From: Takakia lepidozioides
Lineage: Eukaryota > Plantae > Bryophyta
NCBI GenBank assembly: GCA_030704615.1
Contig: CM060731.1
Span: 65,410,001 to 65,474,000 of the forward strand
DNA length: 64,000 nucleotides
Direction of reading: 5' to 3'
In this document: in pieces, positions 49,110-62,024 of the stretch
Layout: the number at the start of each line of letters is the position of its first letter
Numbering within the stretch: position 1 is the stretch's first letter
The notes under the pieces: model-generated
The model's input: the letters and a program-made list of their open reading frames with translations, nothing else
The model's database searches: none
Told to the model about the DNA's origin: nothing
Made by a program: the position numbers and the translations under genes

Positions 49110-50930
49110 TCTGTTGAGCCCTCCCCCACTGCGCCTCTCAGGTAGGGTTCGAGGTCCCACGCCAGTCACTTCTTCTCCAGTTGTGCAGCCTGCATTGCCG
49201 ACCCCATCACTTTTACCCCGACAGCATGCGCATCTCTCATCAGACCGTACCCCATGCCCAGCTTCCGGTTGTCTTTTTGCGCGCATTAGAGGGCTTGCGC
49301 TACACTAGCGCACGTGTGCGGCTCTTCATCAGTCCCACACAAATGGTACTTCTCCATTTCAGCCCAGGGATGCCTCGGCGTGAGCCTGGTCACGTGAGCG
49401 CACTGCGCTCACGCGCTCACGCCACGTCACCTTGCGCCAATGCCACATCACGGGGCTCACTCCACGTCATCACACGTGAAGGCCGTGTCACCACGCGCCC
49501 AGAAAGAAGTGGAGTATATTCCCGCGGATTGGCACCCTTTACCGCGGAAACAAGCTGGACAACATAATAAAAGGCATTGAATAAAGGATGGATGAATGTA
49601 CAGTTGGATGATAAATAGATGGATGAGTGTGAAAAATGAATGTAGATGGATGAATGAGGGATGGATAAGAGTAAAATGGATGAATGTATAATGGATGTTG
49701 AGCAATGACAAAAATTCATGACAGGAAGATGCATGACCAAAACTTTTGACGAATGCACAACGTATATGAAATGAGTGTGGAAGGTTTGTGGGGTGGATTA
49801 AAGAGTACAGAGGATGAATGTACAATGGATGTTGAACAAAGGAAAACATTCATGAATGGAGCACACATGAATACACTGTAGATGAATGCACAATGGATAT
49901 GAGAAGAGTCAGGGAGGTTTGTGAGATGGATTCATACATATTGAAAGTTGATTTTGTGATTATTATTTGTTCTAAAGGAACAACTACGGTGGAGGAAGGG
50001 GATTCAACGTTTTCCAGATAGTATGAAAATGAATATTAGAAGAATATAGTTCAGTCTGACTCAGAGTCAGTACAATGTATCCCCTCTGCATCCAAGTCTA
50101 AGTATTTTAGAACACCGGATCCACGCTGGATACACCTACGGCTGGGCAGTAAAAAGTCAGGGGAAGGGACCGCCGCAGTGTCATTGCTTCGGCATAAACA
50201 GGAAGCAGAAAATTGGAAAGGGCTGTCGAAAACAGACTCGCCAGAAATGACTGTATCTCCTGAAGATCCACCGCTGCCTTTCCTGAAAGACAGCCTGAAA
50301 AAGTTATTACTGTAACTTTGATGTTATTGAGAAATTGAGTATGGCTCCCAAAGAGGGTTTAGCATTTACTCACATGAAAAGTCGTTGTCGACCTGCTTAT
50401 CTTCGGGATCGTCATCATTTCGAATTTGAATCCGATCAGTCTGTGTGCCTGAAGTGGAGCCAGACAAAAGGGGGAGGAGCACTGTGTTGTAGAGGTCAGA
50501 ATCACCCTCCATGCCAAAAAGGCTTCTTCCGCCTGCCTTGCATGCATGGTAAGTTGCTCCTGCACCACACAGGAGGACATGAACAGTTTGGTGGGGGGGA
50601 TTTAAGCAGATGAAACTGTTTGAAGAAAACCAATTCGGAAGGGAAAGAACGAACCTGTGGACACAGAAAGATCGACCACCCGTGCAGAGTGGTGGCTGCA
50701 TGACTCCAGCAGTATTTGCATGAACGCTGGGGACTTTTCCTTTGCACCTCTCCAGGGAGTGCCATCTGGTCTCTTCAGAGTCTGACTGGACTGCATGAAG
50801 TTGTACAAAATGTCATCGACATGGGGGTCATAGGGGGGTTTGATGAAACAACCCTGGTCAGAAATCTCAAAGCTGCGGATGGAGGATGGTGTCTTGGAGG
50901 TGTGAATCTTGCACAGGCAGATCGCCTCGA
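49110..50930 (-). pseudogene. Paralog of 31740-33520: last two exons of the amino-MTase-like gene (50366-50930) and its 3' flank
   Basis: GTPWRGAKEKSPAFMQILLESCSHHSARVVDLSVSTG / GATYHACKAGGRSLFGMEGDSDLYNTVLL...FSCE*; visibly diverged from the 32 kb copy. Confidence 0.85.
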
Positions 50931-50943
50931 AGTGAGTCTCGAA

Positions 50944-51288
50944 GTGAGTCGCGGTGAGTCGCGGTGAGTCTTGGCCCGCTCACCACGGCCCCTATGGACC
51001 GTGATGAGTCCCAAGACTCCCCACGACTCCCACCACGAGGTCTCCGCCCCCATGGTGAGTCCTATACCACCCCAACTAAGTCCCACTAAGCTACCGCCAC
51101 CCTTTGTGGAGCCACCCCCACCGCAACCCGGTGTGCGGGGCTCCACCTAGTGAGCGCCTCCGCTTCCCTGAGTGCCTTGGGCACTCAAGGGTGCTTCAGC
51201 CCCCCATACCTATCGCTGCCGCTGCCCCACCACAGGGCAGCCCCTCATGTGTCCCGACCCCCTGCCCTCAAGGCAAAGGGCCGCGACA
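50944..51288 (-). mobile_element. 5' fragment of the chromovirus LTR (inverted), with CAGTG flank
   Basis: Reverse complement of 45179-~45497, followed by CACTG at 51289-51293. Confidence 0.9.
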
Positions 51289-52685
51289 CACTGTGGGAGT
51301 TCTTCGGTCGGTGAAGCTGAAGCTGAAGCTGCAGGTGATCTTGTTTTGCTAATTCTGAGATGTGAATTGTTTCCAATGCATTCTGGGCGCTGCTCCCTCT
51401 CCCACACTGAAGTCGCCCTACTCCAGCAAATCGCACAGATTGGAGATAAGAACCTGGAATCAGCGGTGGGAGAAGACCGTTGTGAAGAGGACGACTCTTC
51501 TTGAACTTGGCGTCTGGAGCTTGGACTCTGGTGCGCATCAGGAACATGTGAGCTAGGGGTAGGGGTACATTGGCGTTGGGGTCTTCCAAGAGGCAGGTCT
51601 TCTAGCAGGAGCAGTTTGCGGCTGTGTTCAGCACCTCTCGTTGCTCTGGGGAGCGAACTGTCAGGGATGGTGGAGTAGGCAGTAAAGGGTTGTGGTGAGG
51701 GCTGGAGCTGAGGCGTCGGGGCTGAACAAGCTGGGGACGAGCCGATCGAGGCCGCCTATGGGGCCCACTGTTGCACAACGTCCGCTTGCTCGCTTAGCGC
51801 TGCTACCGCTGTCGCTATTGCCACACCTCCACTAACTTGGTGGCGCTGCAGGCCTTGCCCGAGGTCTGGCGGCGACGCCGCTCATCGTACTTTTCACGTT
51901 TTGTCTCTCTCGCCCTCTAGATACGATCGCACACCCGAAAAGCCAAAGGACAGCCTTCACCGGCGTTGGCGCTCTTTCGCGCTCAGTGGAAAACAGTGGA
52001 ATTCACTTTCTAAAGGTCTCGTTGCTTCCCTACTGCCACAAAATACGGACGGAGTGGAAATTCCATCCGGGACATAAACTGGCGACGCCATAAGAATCAA
52101 GAGTCAAAGGTCCAAACTCACTTGAAATTCGAACCGCTCTACAGGACCACCATAGATACATCAGACGAGAACTTAGGGAACTTCACGTGAGGCAGTCATG
52201 GAAACCAGCCAACTCTTACAGCAAAACTCCAGTTCTAACGAGAGAGAGAGAGGAGAGGTAGACTTTGTCTCTGACTGTTGCGATTTACCGACGTGAAGAT
52301 TCCAGATCAAGAAGTGTGGCAAATTGTATCAGTGACCACTTGCTGAGACCAAGCAAGAAAGATTAGCATTGTACTTCACGATTACAACCTCTCATTTTTT
52401 AACAAATGACTACTACCTAGCACACACAATAACCTCCTACCGCAATAACAACCCATTTCATTCACTATTTTCTTGACTCTAAGACAGCCCTCCCCTTAAA
52501 GAAAAAGCCTGGTAGCAGCACTCTGCATGGGGAATACCCTCCTAATTCAATAAACCAGCCTCCCCCCTTAAAGGAAAGCCTACTAGCACTTTGCTACGAA
52601 CTCAATGAACACCTTAGTTGACTCTCAGGCAACACCCCTTCATTGAATATTGGAATGTTCACATCAAAAAAAGTATTAAATACCG

Positions 52686-52758
52686 TGCGGCGAGCGTGGA
52701 TCGAACACGCGATCTTCAGATCTTCAGTCTGACGCTTTCCCAACTGAGCTATCCCCGC
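52686..52758 (-). tRNA. trnF-GAA: tRNA-Phe(GAA) variant, copy 3
   Basis: Reverse complement of 43680-43752. Confidence 0.9.
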
Positions 52759-53455
52759 TATATAGACCTATATACTAACCGCTCTCTATATATTTACTTT
52801 ATCAGCTAAATCTATAGACAGGAAAACATAATGGAGAATCGACGCTTTCCCCCCCTGAATTAGCTTTGCTTCCGTCGGCTCGACAGGAACATGAAGACGA
52901 GGAAACAGTGGAGAATTTGCGAGAGCCCAGCTGCTGCGAGATACCATCGTTCCTCGACAATTACTTTCTTCTCACTCGCTGTGGCCCGTACGCTATGCAT
53001 CTACACGGAAGCGGGATGGGTAGGCAATGTGAGAGCGGATGGATTGTAGGAAGGCGTGAGTTCAGAATTGGCAGAGCATGAAGCATCGTGGTTGCAAAGT
53101 TTTGCGGGCTTCTGTGCTGAATTGGCGGGGTGGCTTTTGAGACGCCGTCTCTTTGGAATATGCTCAGCTTGGGCATGCATATGAGGTAAGGGTGAGTGTG
53201 TATGTGCGTGTGTGCTTTTTCTGTATATAGGTTGTTGAAATTATGCACGGAGAGGAAGCATGAGCTGAAGAGTTTCCGTGTTTATTTGGGCTCAGTAGTT
53301 CCACCTTAATTGGGGCACAGAGAAAATTGTTGTAGGGATCACCAGTTGGATACATCGTCAGGAAGGACATTTGTACTGTCTGCGTATCTGAAGTGGCACA
53401 GTGGTCATCCGATTGGCACGACTTCGTTGTGTCCAGTTTACCCCAGTGCTTCAGA

Positions 53456-53496
<41 letters not shown>

Positions 53497-53649
53497 ATCC
53501 GGGATTCGAATTCTGGGATCAGTGATTGGGCCCCACTGTAAAAGGAGAAGAGCTTGTGGGATCAGGTCTCAGTTATCCTTTGCCTCATCATATATTGTCT
53601 CTTGTGTGCCTGGTCGCCTTCTCATTCGTGAGCGAGAACAGATTGGAGA

Positions 53650-56600
53650 ATGGAGGTGGCTGTGAGGAGGGTAGTCATGGTTGGGGCAGCAATAAGCTTG
53701 CTTCTGCTCCTTGCTCCAGCCTCGTCAGCTGCTAACACAGATGCCGAGACAGGTTAATGACTCCTCTTCTCTGGGATTCCTGTCTCTTGCAAAAGCTGAT
53801 GGGGATGATGATATCCTTAGTTGAAAAATTATCACAACAAACTCTGCAAAGTGTGGAGAGAGATACACCAGGTTGTGTCTGCTGGCAGCTAGGAGCATTT
53901 CATAATAACCAGGGAGGCAGATTTCCATACTTGGGCCTGGTGACCTTGCAGTAAACCTAACAATCAGAGGCTGCCTTCACTGAAAACAGATGTCTTAAGT
54001 ATGCTTTCACTCATAGGGCTTGGTTCTTCCACAGGGATCGGCTATGCTTCTTCCAACATGATCTGTAGTAGGGGAACAAGAAAGTGAAATACATGTCCAA
54101 TTTAGACAGTGGTATGGTTTGGAGGAAAACTGTCTGCAGCCCATAGTTATCACACATAGGTGATACAATGCACATTTGCCCAGCACTAATGTCCAGTAGG
54201 AAATGGTTTGACTCTGCAGAAGTGGAAGTGGTCACAAAGATGTCAAATGGCTGTCGTATAATAGAACCATGGCTCTCATCCTTGTGGAGTATGCATCGGC
54301 GGTAAGGGCCCCATTCCTGTTTTTTGTGCTATTGTTCCTTTCGACTAATTATGGAATCTTTTGATATGGTTTGTGTCTCCTGACAAAGTGGCAAATGTTT
54401 TGGATAGGTCTACATAGAAGATGAGCTTGCACTGCTCTCTTGGAGCTGCTCACGATGTGAAGATTTGACCAAGGTGGGCCTGTCGTGTGCAATTTGTGGT
54501 TCATTTGTGGCCATGGTATTTTGTGGTTTGAACATATTTATTGTCAAACTTCGCAAGGCTGGGTGAGAAGGCGTGGACCGGAAAATCTTGGGATGCTGTG
54601 CTATTACCCAGTCCAGTGAACTTCGCTTATGAGTTATGAGAAGGAGGGAAAGTTGGAAACTATGAAAGGGAGTATTGTGATTCTGTGTACACTGTGGGTG
54701 TATTTGTTTCTTCACTGGACCAAACGAATGAATTACAATTTGCAAAAAGGAAAATCAGATTGTCAATGGACATGATATCATGATGGTCATACTCCGCTGC
54801 TGATTGAACTGTGTTTAAGAGCTTGTAAATGGATGGGCCTACTTGCACACATCAGGAGGTCTACTTACTTTCCACGGAGGGTTCATTGATGAATCTGGAG
54901 TTGGATCTGTGTTAATACATTATGGCAGGGATTCAAGATTCATACTCTTGTTGTGGATGTTCAACATTGCCTCCAGGTGTGCAACAGCATGCTTGAACTG
55001 CTACTCTTTGCTAATCCTCTCTTGCAGCGAGTTTTGCCTTTGGCTCATGGAGGAGAGATCAACTCGTTGGGAGGGGAAATTTCGCATGAATTGTTCTTCG
55101 GGTAGGAAAGTAACGCACTATAATTTTTATGCATAGGCTTGCTGGAACTTCATCTATGTGCATCGCAATTCAAATATTCCAACCAAGATAAATGTGAATA
55201 ACGGAGCTGGAGTGCAAGCAGTACTGACAACGTGTCTTTCGGAACATGGATGGGAAAGGACAGACAGAAGCTTGGTGATTTAGATCAGGGGTCGGTCAAT
55301 ACCAAAAGATAATTACTGGTTAAATGCAGGCCTTTGTTGGAGTGGCGGAGAATTTGAATGCAATTGTGATAGCATTTCGTGGCACCCAAGAAGCAGGTAT
55401 TCCCTTGATGATGGTGAATTTAGGAACAAAAGAGTTGCAAAACTACATTCAGTTGTTGTTAGTGGTTGATATGATCAGTTTTGTCTTCCCTCTGTCACAG
55501 GTTGATAGTTGTAGAGGAGGATTTCAAGGTGTGGCAGTTAGGTGTGTGTTCACAACTAAATATATGGCACTCGTTCTGTTCCTTCCCTCCTACTCCTTCC
55601 TCCCCTTTCCCCTCCTGAATCATGATTTTTTTCACATTTTATTGTTAAGAGATGTTGTTAAACAGATGCTTGTCCAGTGGTATCCAGAAAGATCTGCATG
55701 CTTAGAAGAGAGTTGGCTAACGCGCAGATTACTGGTGGGATATCTGGTAGTGTGCAGAATTGGGCTGAGGACTTGTACTTTAGACAGCTTGATCTCAATT
55801 ATCCGGGTGTCACTGATGCTATGGAGGGCATTATTCACCTTCTCTCCTGCATGCCAGACAAGCTTTTAGGCATGATATCCAAACTACAGATTACTTTTTA
55901 ATGTGTATGACTTGACATCTAGGACTGTACAGATTGAAGGTTTTGATTAGTCACCAAACACTGAGTCTCTAAACCCGAAATCCTGTCTCTGCCCAGCCAG
56001 ATTGGACTTTAGGTACTCCCTATGAACGGGAATCACCGAGCATATGGGTGGCATGGAGCTAGCAAACGTACGGCGTGGCCCCAACCGCAGTCTTGTTTTC
56101 CATGACGACTTGCAATTCATGATCTTGACTTGTGATCTATGTTGTGGCCAGGTACATCAAGGGTTCTATTCAGCATATCACAACACCACAGTTCGTGACA
56201 GCATACTCACTGCTGTTCAAGCTATACAACAGGAAAGGGATGGGCTCCACTTCTTGGTCACAGGCCACTCAATGGGAGGGGCTATGGCTTCCTTTTGTGC
56301 ACTTGATCTCGCTGTACGTTTGGTCATCTCCCTCTCATCCCAGGCTTGCAAGGGCTCAAAACTTTCTTGTCATCAGACAATCAGTCAAGCTTGCTGAATT
56401 GTGAACTAGCTCCAAATGAGAAGCAGGTCCCTTTGCTCAACAAAATACTTTTGCAGGCACAAAGGGTTTAAGCAAGTCCTGGCTCATAGAGATTTGACTG
56501 GGTCCTAACCTGTTGGTCTAAGCCAAATAACTGGTATCAGTAGTGATACTGGTCGAAGGAAGGGACAATACTCTCTGTCATCTTCTACTCCCTAAACAAT

Positions 56601-58024
56601 AGTGCTTCCTTGCAGGCGAACTATGGTGTTCAAGACATTGAGATTATCACATTTGGGCAGCCACGAATTGGGAACTCTGTGTTTGCAGTATATTACAATG
56701 AGCTTGTCCCTCGGACTATTCGAATGACACATGCCAACGATCTGGTGCCACATCTGCCTCCCTATTACACTCTGATAGGCCCACGTTCCTACCATCATTT
56801 TGCAACTGAGGTATGTGTGTGTGGCGGTCAATCATTTCTGTATGTTCAGAGCTTATGCTAAATTTGGCAGAAGTGTGGACCTTTTTTAAAGAATGTTTTT
56901 CTAGGAACATGAATGTGTCTATTCAGTTGGAGAGTCTCAATCTTGTCATATATTGAGATGCTACTGGCTATATGCAATTTTGTTGCTGATGTTCTTTGTT
57001 CACACTTGGTAGGTTGGTTTGGTTTTTGCTTCAGGGGCTTTGTTTGTCAATAGTGCAATCAGTCTGTCCTTGCATGAGTACAGTTATGTATTCATACATA
57101 TATTGTGTGCTTCATGTATCATGTATTCGACTGACATATTCTAAATTTTGCTTGCTTGATGCACAGGGTTGACATCCAGCTTAATATTATCTGGGTTAGA
57201 CTGTTGAGTATACGTGAATAGAGATTGATGCATCAAAGTTGATGCAGGTGTGGCTCTTCAAGATTGCTGTGGGTCGTCTGCAGTATGAGTTTGAGCGGGT
57301 TTGTGACAGTTCTGGGGAGGACCCTACCTGTAGCAGGTCGGCTTTCTTTCATCTCTTCCACTTGGCATTCTATCTTCCTCTTTCTCTTTCCCTCTCAACA
57401 CTCCCTTCTAGTCAGTCAAAAACCATGGGGTGTACCTCTACTGAAAGGTTGCTGAAAGAATGCAAACAATGTTCCATTTAGAGAACAGGAGCACTATCAC
57501 TGACATTGAATTCATTATGAACAATGGATTTTTGGAAGATTTCAGTCTGTTTCTACAGCTTCAAAAGACCATTTAATTCCTCTACTGGGGTTGGAGTGTT
57601 CCATCTGAGAAGGTTGCTTGGGCACGCCTGTACAGACCATTGCGGGTTTTCCAGATGAAATTACTATTTTGTTACTCTGCGGACTACTATCTAGCTCAAG
57701 GGCTACCTGCAGAGTAACAGACGAGGGGTGGACGGCAGGGAATTAAGGGGGAGAAGAGCAGGCATAGTGTGCTTATTTGTGGTTCTCACATTCATTTCGA
57801 GTCTTATGAATCCTGATATTTATGTTGCCTGTTGGCTATGGGAACGGTGCAGGTCAGTCAAAGGCAACAGCATTTCGGATCATCTCAACTACCTTGGTGT
57901 CTACCTTAGGACTGAAGACAATATGGCCACAGACACTGAATTTCTCAAAGGGAAATCTTTGCTTAATTCCAACCTGGATGTTCCCGGCAAGCCCAGGAAA
58001 GCCACAAATGGGAGCTTATTGTAG
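53650..58024 (+). CDS. Class 3 lipase, copy 3 (10 exons)
   Basis: Exons 53650-53752, 54184-54301, then VYIEDELALLSWSCSRCEDLTK, GFKIHTLVVDVQHCLQ, AFVGVAENLNAIVIAFRGTQE, SVQNWAEDL..DAM, VHQGF..GHSMGG..LDLA, ANYG..FATE, VWLF..CSR and SVKGNSISDHL..NGSLL*. Ser-Asp-His triad motifs are present. Confidence 0.9.
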
Positions 58025-61000
58025 CACATGCAACGTGCTTAGGTGTTCTGCATCATGGCTGCATCATGGTTGTTCGGGCCATTATCTTGCTGGTTTATGT
58101 ACTACCATCCATTTGTACAGTCAGACGTACGGTCCTATCAGACCAAAGAGAGGTCCTGAAGGTCCAGGTGCGTTCTCCGTCATTGGAAATTTATTGTTGA
58201 CATTTATTTACATGAAGGGTGACTGTCTGCCAACCCACACTTTGGGTAGTTGAAGAGTGACACCCACTTTACTATAGTGGGTTCAACCAGATGTGCATGA
58301 CAACTACAATTTATCAAAGAGATCTGTTGCCGCTAGCTGACTGAGAACCATCCAACTTCCTGATTGCACAGGAGTCTCAACAAACCTGTCTTGAATATTA
58401 CCCCCGATCACTTTGGAGTCCGGTGGGTTGGCCCCCATGAAAGCAGCATGGTGATTGTAGGCATCCATTGTTACGAAGGGTACCACATGTCCTGCGAACA
58501 TTGGCCGCTTCGGAAGGGATGAGGATGCGAGGTCTGACATTAGAGTGATTTAGTGGTGACAAGTTGATGCGGTTGCTGGCAGAGTCCGGGGAATTGCTGA
58601 AGGGATGATTATTGGTTGGTGTCTCTTCAGCAGTTGAAATTGCTAATTGTCCAGGTTGGAATCCTCCCAACACATTAGCATCCCTATGGGTGTGCTTCAT
58701 GGAGCACTCTACAACTAGCCAACCTAATGTTGGAAAGGGGATTCGGACATACTTGGTTACAGGCCATTGAAACTGACCACGATTTTGGGTCAGCAGAAGA
58801 AGATTTCAAGCAACTTCCATTGTGAGTGGCCACTGCCCATGATAGTTTCTTATTGTTTTGAGTGTTGGGAGCACCAGCACCACATTGTAGTCTGATTTAC
58901 ATATTTGAGATCAGCGGGACCAATGGGCTTGGTCCTTGCTCTCTTTGATCTCTGAAATTGAAAATGGCTTTGACTGGTTCTATACCGTCTTTTTATGTGC
59001 TAGACATGACCCAAGCTGCAAACATGAGTGGATCTTGGTTGCTATGGCTCCCAATCCAAATGCTCAGAGAAAATAATTGCATAACGATTTAACATAAAGC
59101 AACTCAGATATCATCCCTGCCAAAGTATAAACTCTTGCTACCTACATGTGGAAAACACATCTCAGTAATCGTGACATGCCTGTACACAAATCTATGGGTG
59201 TCCTCCATCATCTAAGCTTTCTAGTAGTGCCTCCAAATTGCATTCAGTTTGGTGCACAATACTATGCTTGAATTCTCCGCAGAACAACAAATCTTTAGCC
59301 ATCATCTCCTCTCCAAGTGGCCAACAATAGAAACTTTCTGGTCCTTACAACCACAACATCCTCCACTACTAGGGCTGTTTCAAGGAAGTCCTCAAATGTC
59401 TTACAGTAGGCAGTCTTTGTGGCTTACAAGTGCTGGAATTGTGCCTTTTGTTATAACTTTTTCTTTGGTTCAAAAGCTTCAGGGAGCGACTCTCCTAATA
59501 CATTGCAGCTGTCTCAGCGCCTGCCAGCGGTGCCCTGAGTTCTGTAATCTTGATATATGGCCTAACCTGTTCTGCAGTCTGAAGTCACAGTTTCTCTTGG
59601 TCCATCCTTACCCTCTATTGAAAGACAGTCTATGTCGTCATGCACCGAATCCCAATGCGCTTGAAGCATTCTTTCAATGCTGTTTCTTTGTGAGAACCCA
59701 CATGTATCCTACAACGCACATTCAACATTGAAAAGATCAGGTCACGAAATTGCAATTGCCCATCCTCTTCTCTCACTGCACGCTTCCTGCCATTGTCAAT
59801 TTGGGATGGTGAAGCTGACGCTTTCATTCTAAGTTGTCTATGCTTGATTAACCAGATTGATTTCAGCAGGAGTACGTTGGTGGATGGGGGATCATGGGAG
59901 ACCTTTCCCATTGCAGGAGCACTTCAAGATGCTGACGTAAATTTATATGTTCGTTTCCTTTCCCGGGAGCTGACTGCGAAATCAAAGGCCGAGCTCAAAC
60001 TCAGACGACAACGATGCAAACTGCAGTGAACAGAAGAACAACCGCAGCACAGAACGCTTTTGAATGATTATAACACCAAAATATGTGTTATGAATTTTTC
60101 TACTTTGCGAAGCTTGGAATCACTCCCTCACCCACACTGCCCTTCGAAGCTACAAACCTTGCAAGAAAGTTTTTCTGCAAGATCGTCGCTACCGCTTTTG
60201 TACATTCCATCACCCGTAAAGAGGTACTGCAGTAGGTCCTATGGGTCCTTCCTAAGTACCTAGACACCCTAACTTAAACTCCTCAAGTAGCTTCAATGAA
60301 ACTCATCTAGAGGAGGACAGTCTTGACATGAGTTAAGAAAGAGAACTTCAGAATCTTAAAAATATTCTGCGGAAATTGAGCAATCTCAGGCTTTACAAAT
60401 TCGACAATGCACTTCGATCCAGATGTTACACGTGAGCAATCGACATTCACTGTATTGGATATACACTTGGGCATCTACCAGAGTCAAGAATCACAAACAT
60501 ACATAGTTAAGGAATATCCTCACATATAGGTATCAGCTGTCTCAGATGTCCTAAGGCTCGGCAAGTTAAGAGGAGCATTGCAGTTTCATTCATGTCACTA
60601 TGTCAAAAGTGTTCCTTACCTCGCAGACGCCATTCACCATGAAGCTAAAGAAAACTCCAAAAACAGCAAATCAGCAGCTGATGCAAATGGGAGAGCTCCG
60701 ACATGCTCACACCCAACAATACCACCCTGCTGCTGACTGTGCCTCCTCCAATTGCAGCTCGGCCAGGCTTCATCTCCCTCCCTGGAATGTAGTCGACATC
60801 AAGTAAAATCCACGCAAAGGCAGCCCTCTGTCGGGAGCGGGGAAGAGGAGGAGGCAACAAGTCGCATTGCGGTGGGAAGAGTGGGGGACGATCCACGTCC
60901 TATGCAGCAGGAAGTAAGAGTTGCTCGTTCTTCCCCAAAGCCTTGCTCTGCAGCATCTGGTATGGCCGCGTAAACAAAACGCACAACCCACAACTGATCT

Positions 61001-62024
61001 CATCACATTGTGAGCTCTGCAAGATCGCCCACAAGTCATGATCCAGGGATGGTTGCACCGCGTCATTCATGTCTGATGCCCATCGCACAGCTTCTGCTGA
61101 CTAGATGATGAGGATTTCCAACAAAAGGTCTGTCTGCATGTGACAGAGAGTGGTCACGTAAAAGATGCATGCAATAGAATGCAATTGGACGAGGCAAAGG
61201 CGACCGTTAAGCTACAGGATTGGCCGCTGCTCTCATTCGGAATAGGGTTAGGAGTGGCCCTCCGATGGTTCAGGAGAGCCACTCTTCCAGTTTCTTTCTT
61301 GCAGGGGGTAGCCGTGACATCGATGAGCGAAGTGGACGTGGTAAGCGCCAAGCGGGGCTGCAGCCATGCATGGAGCATCGTAAGCATGTACCGTCGGAGG
61401 TCTGAATGCCAAGATCCAGGAAATAAGTTTGAGAGGAATTTTTTTTCACGTCAGAATCCCCTATTAGACGGGAGTCCCTTGAGTACTATGATCTCGTGCA
61501 GCTAGAGCTGAGTGGTGGACCTGGAATGAATTAGACGGAGTTGAGAAAAGGAATGTGCTTTTTCGCTGTGGCATAAAGTTTCCTATTTGTGGAAGAGTCC
61601 TTATGCGTATGTAGATTCACTAGCATGACTGCCTTTTCCTTTTGTTAAAAATGGAGTCCCTTGAGATGGCGACTCGATAAAGGGTCGAAGGTAACACCCT
61701 CAAGTCATGTTGCGATTTAAGGAGGACCTTTCTGTTGAAAGTATAGATATAGATTGGAGGAAGAGACCTCTTGGAGTTTTCAGCATGACAGGTGGCGCGA
61801 AGGACGTCATCAACAGCGTTACGAACTTGGATATCGCCTTGTGCGCCCTCTACGCTCTTGATCTTTACTTGTGATGGGAATGGACACCACTTCAACACTA
61901 ACTAGTTCCAGGACGCTCAAGGGGATCACCAGAAGCTATAGTAAGCTACTCAAGCAGAGCGACGCCTGGAGGAGATCAAGCAAGGAGATAGGCAAAGTGT
62001 CACGGAAGATGAGATGACGCGGAG

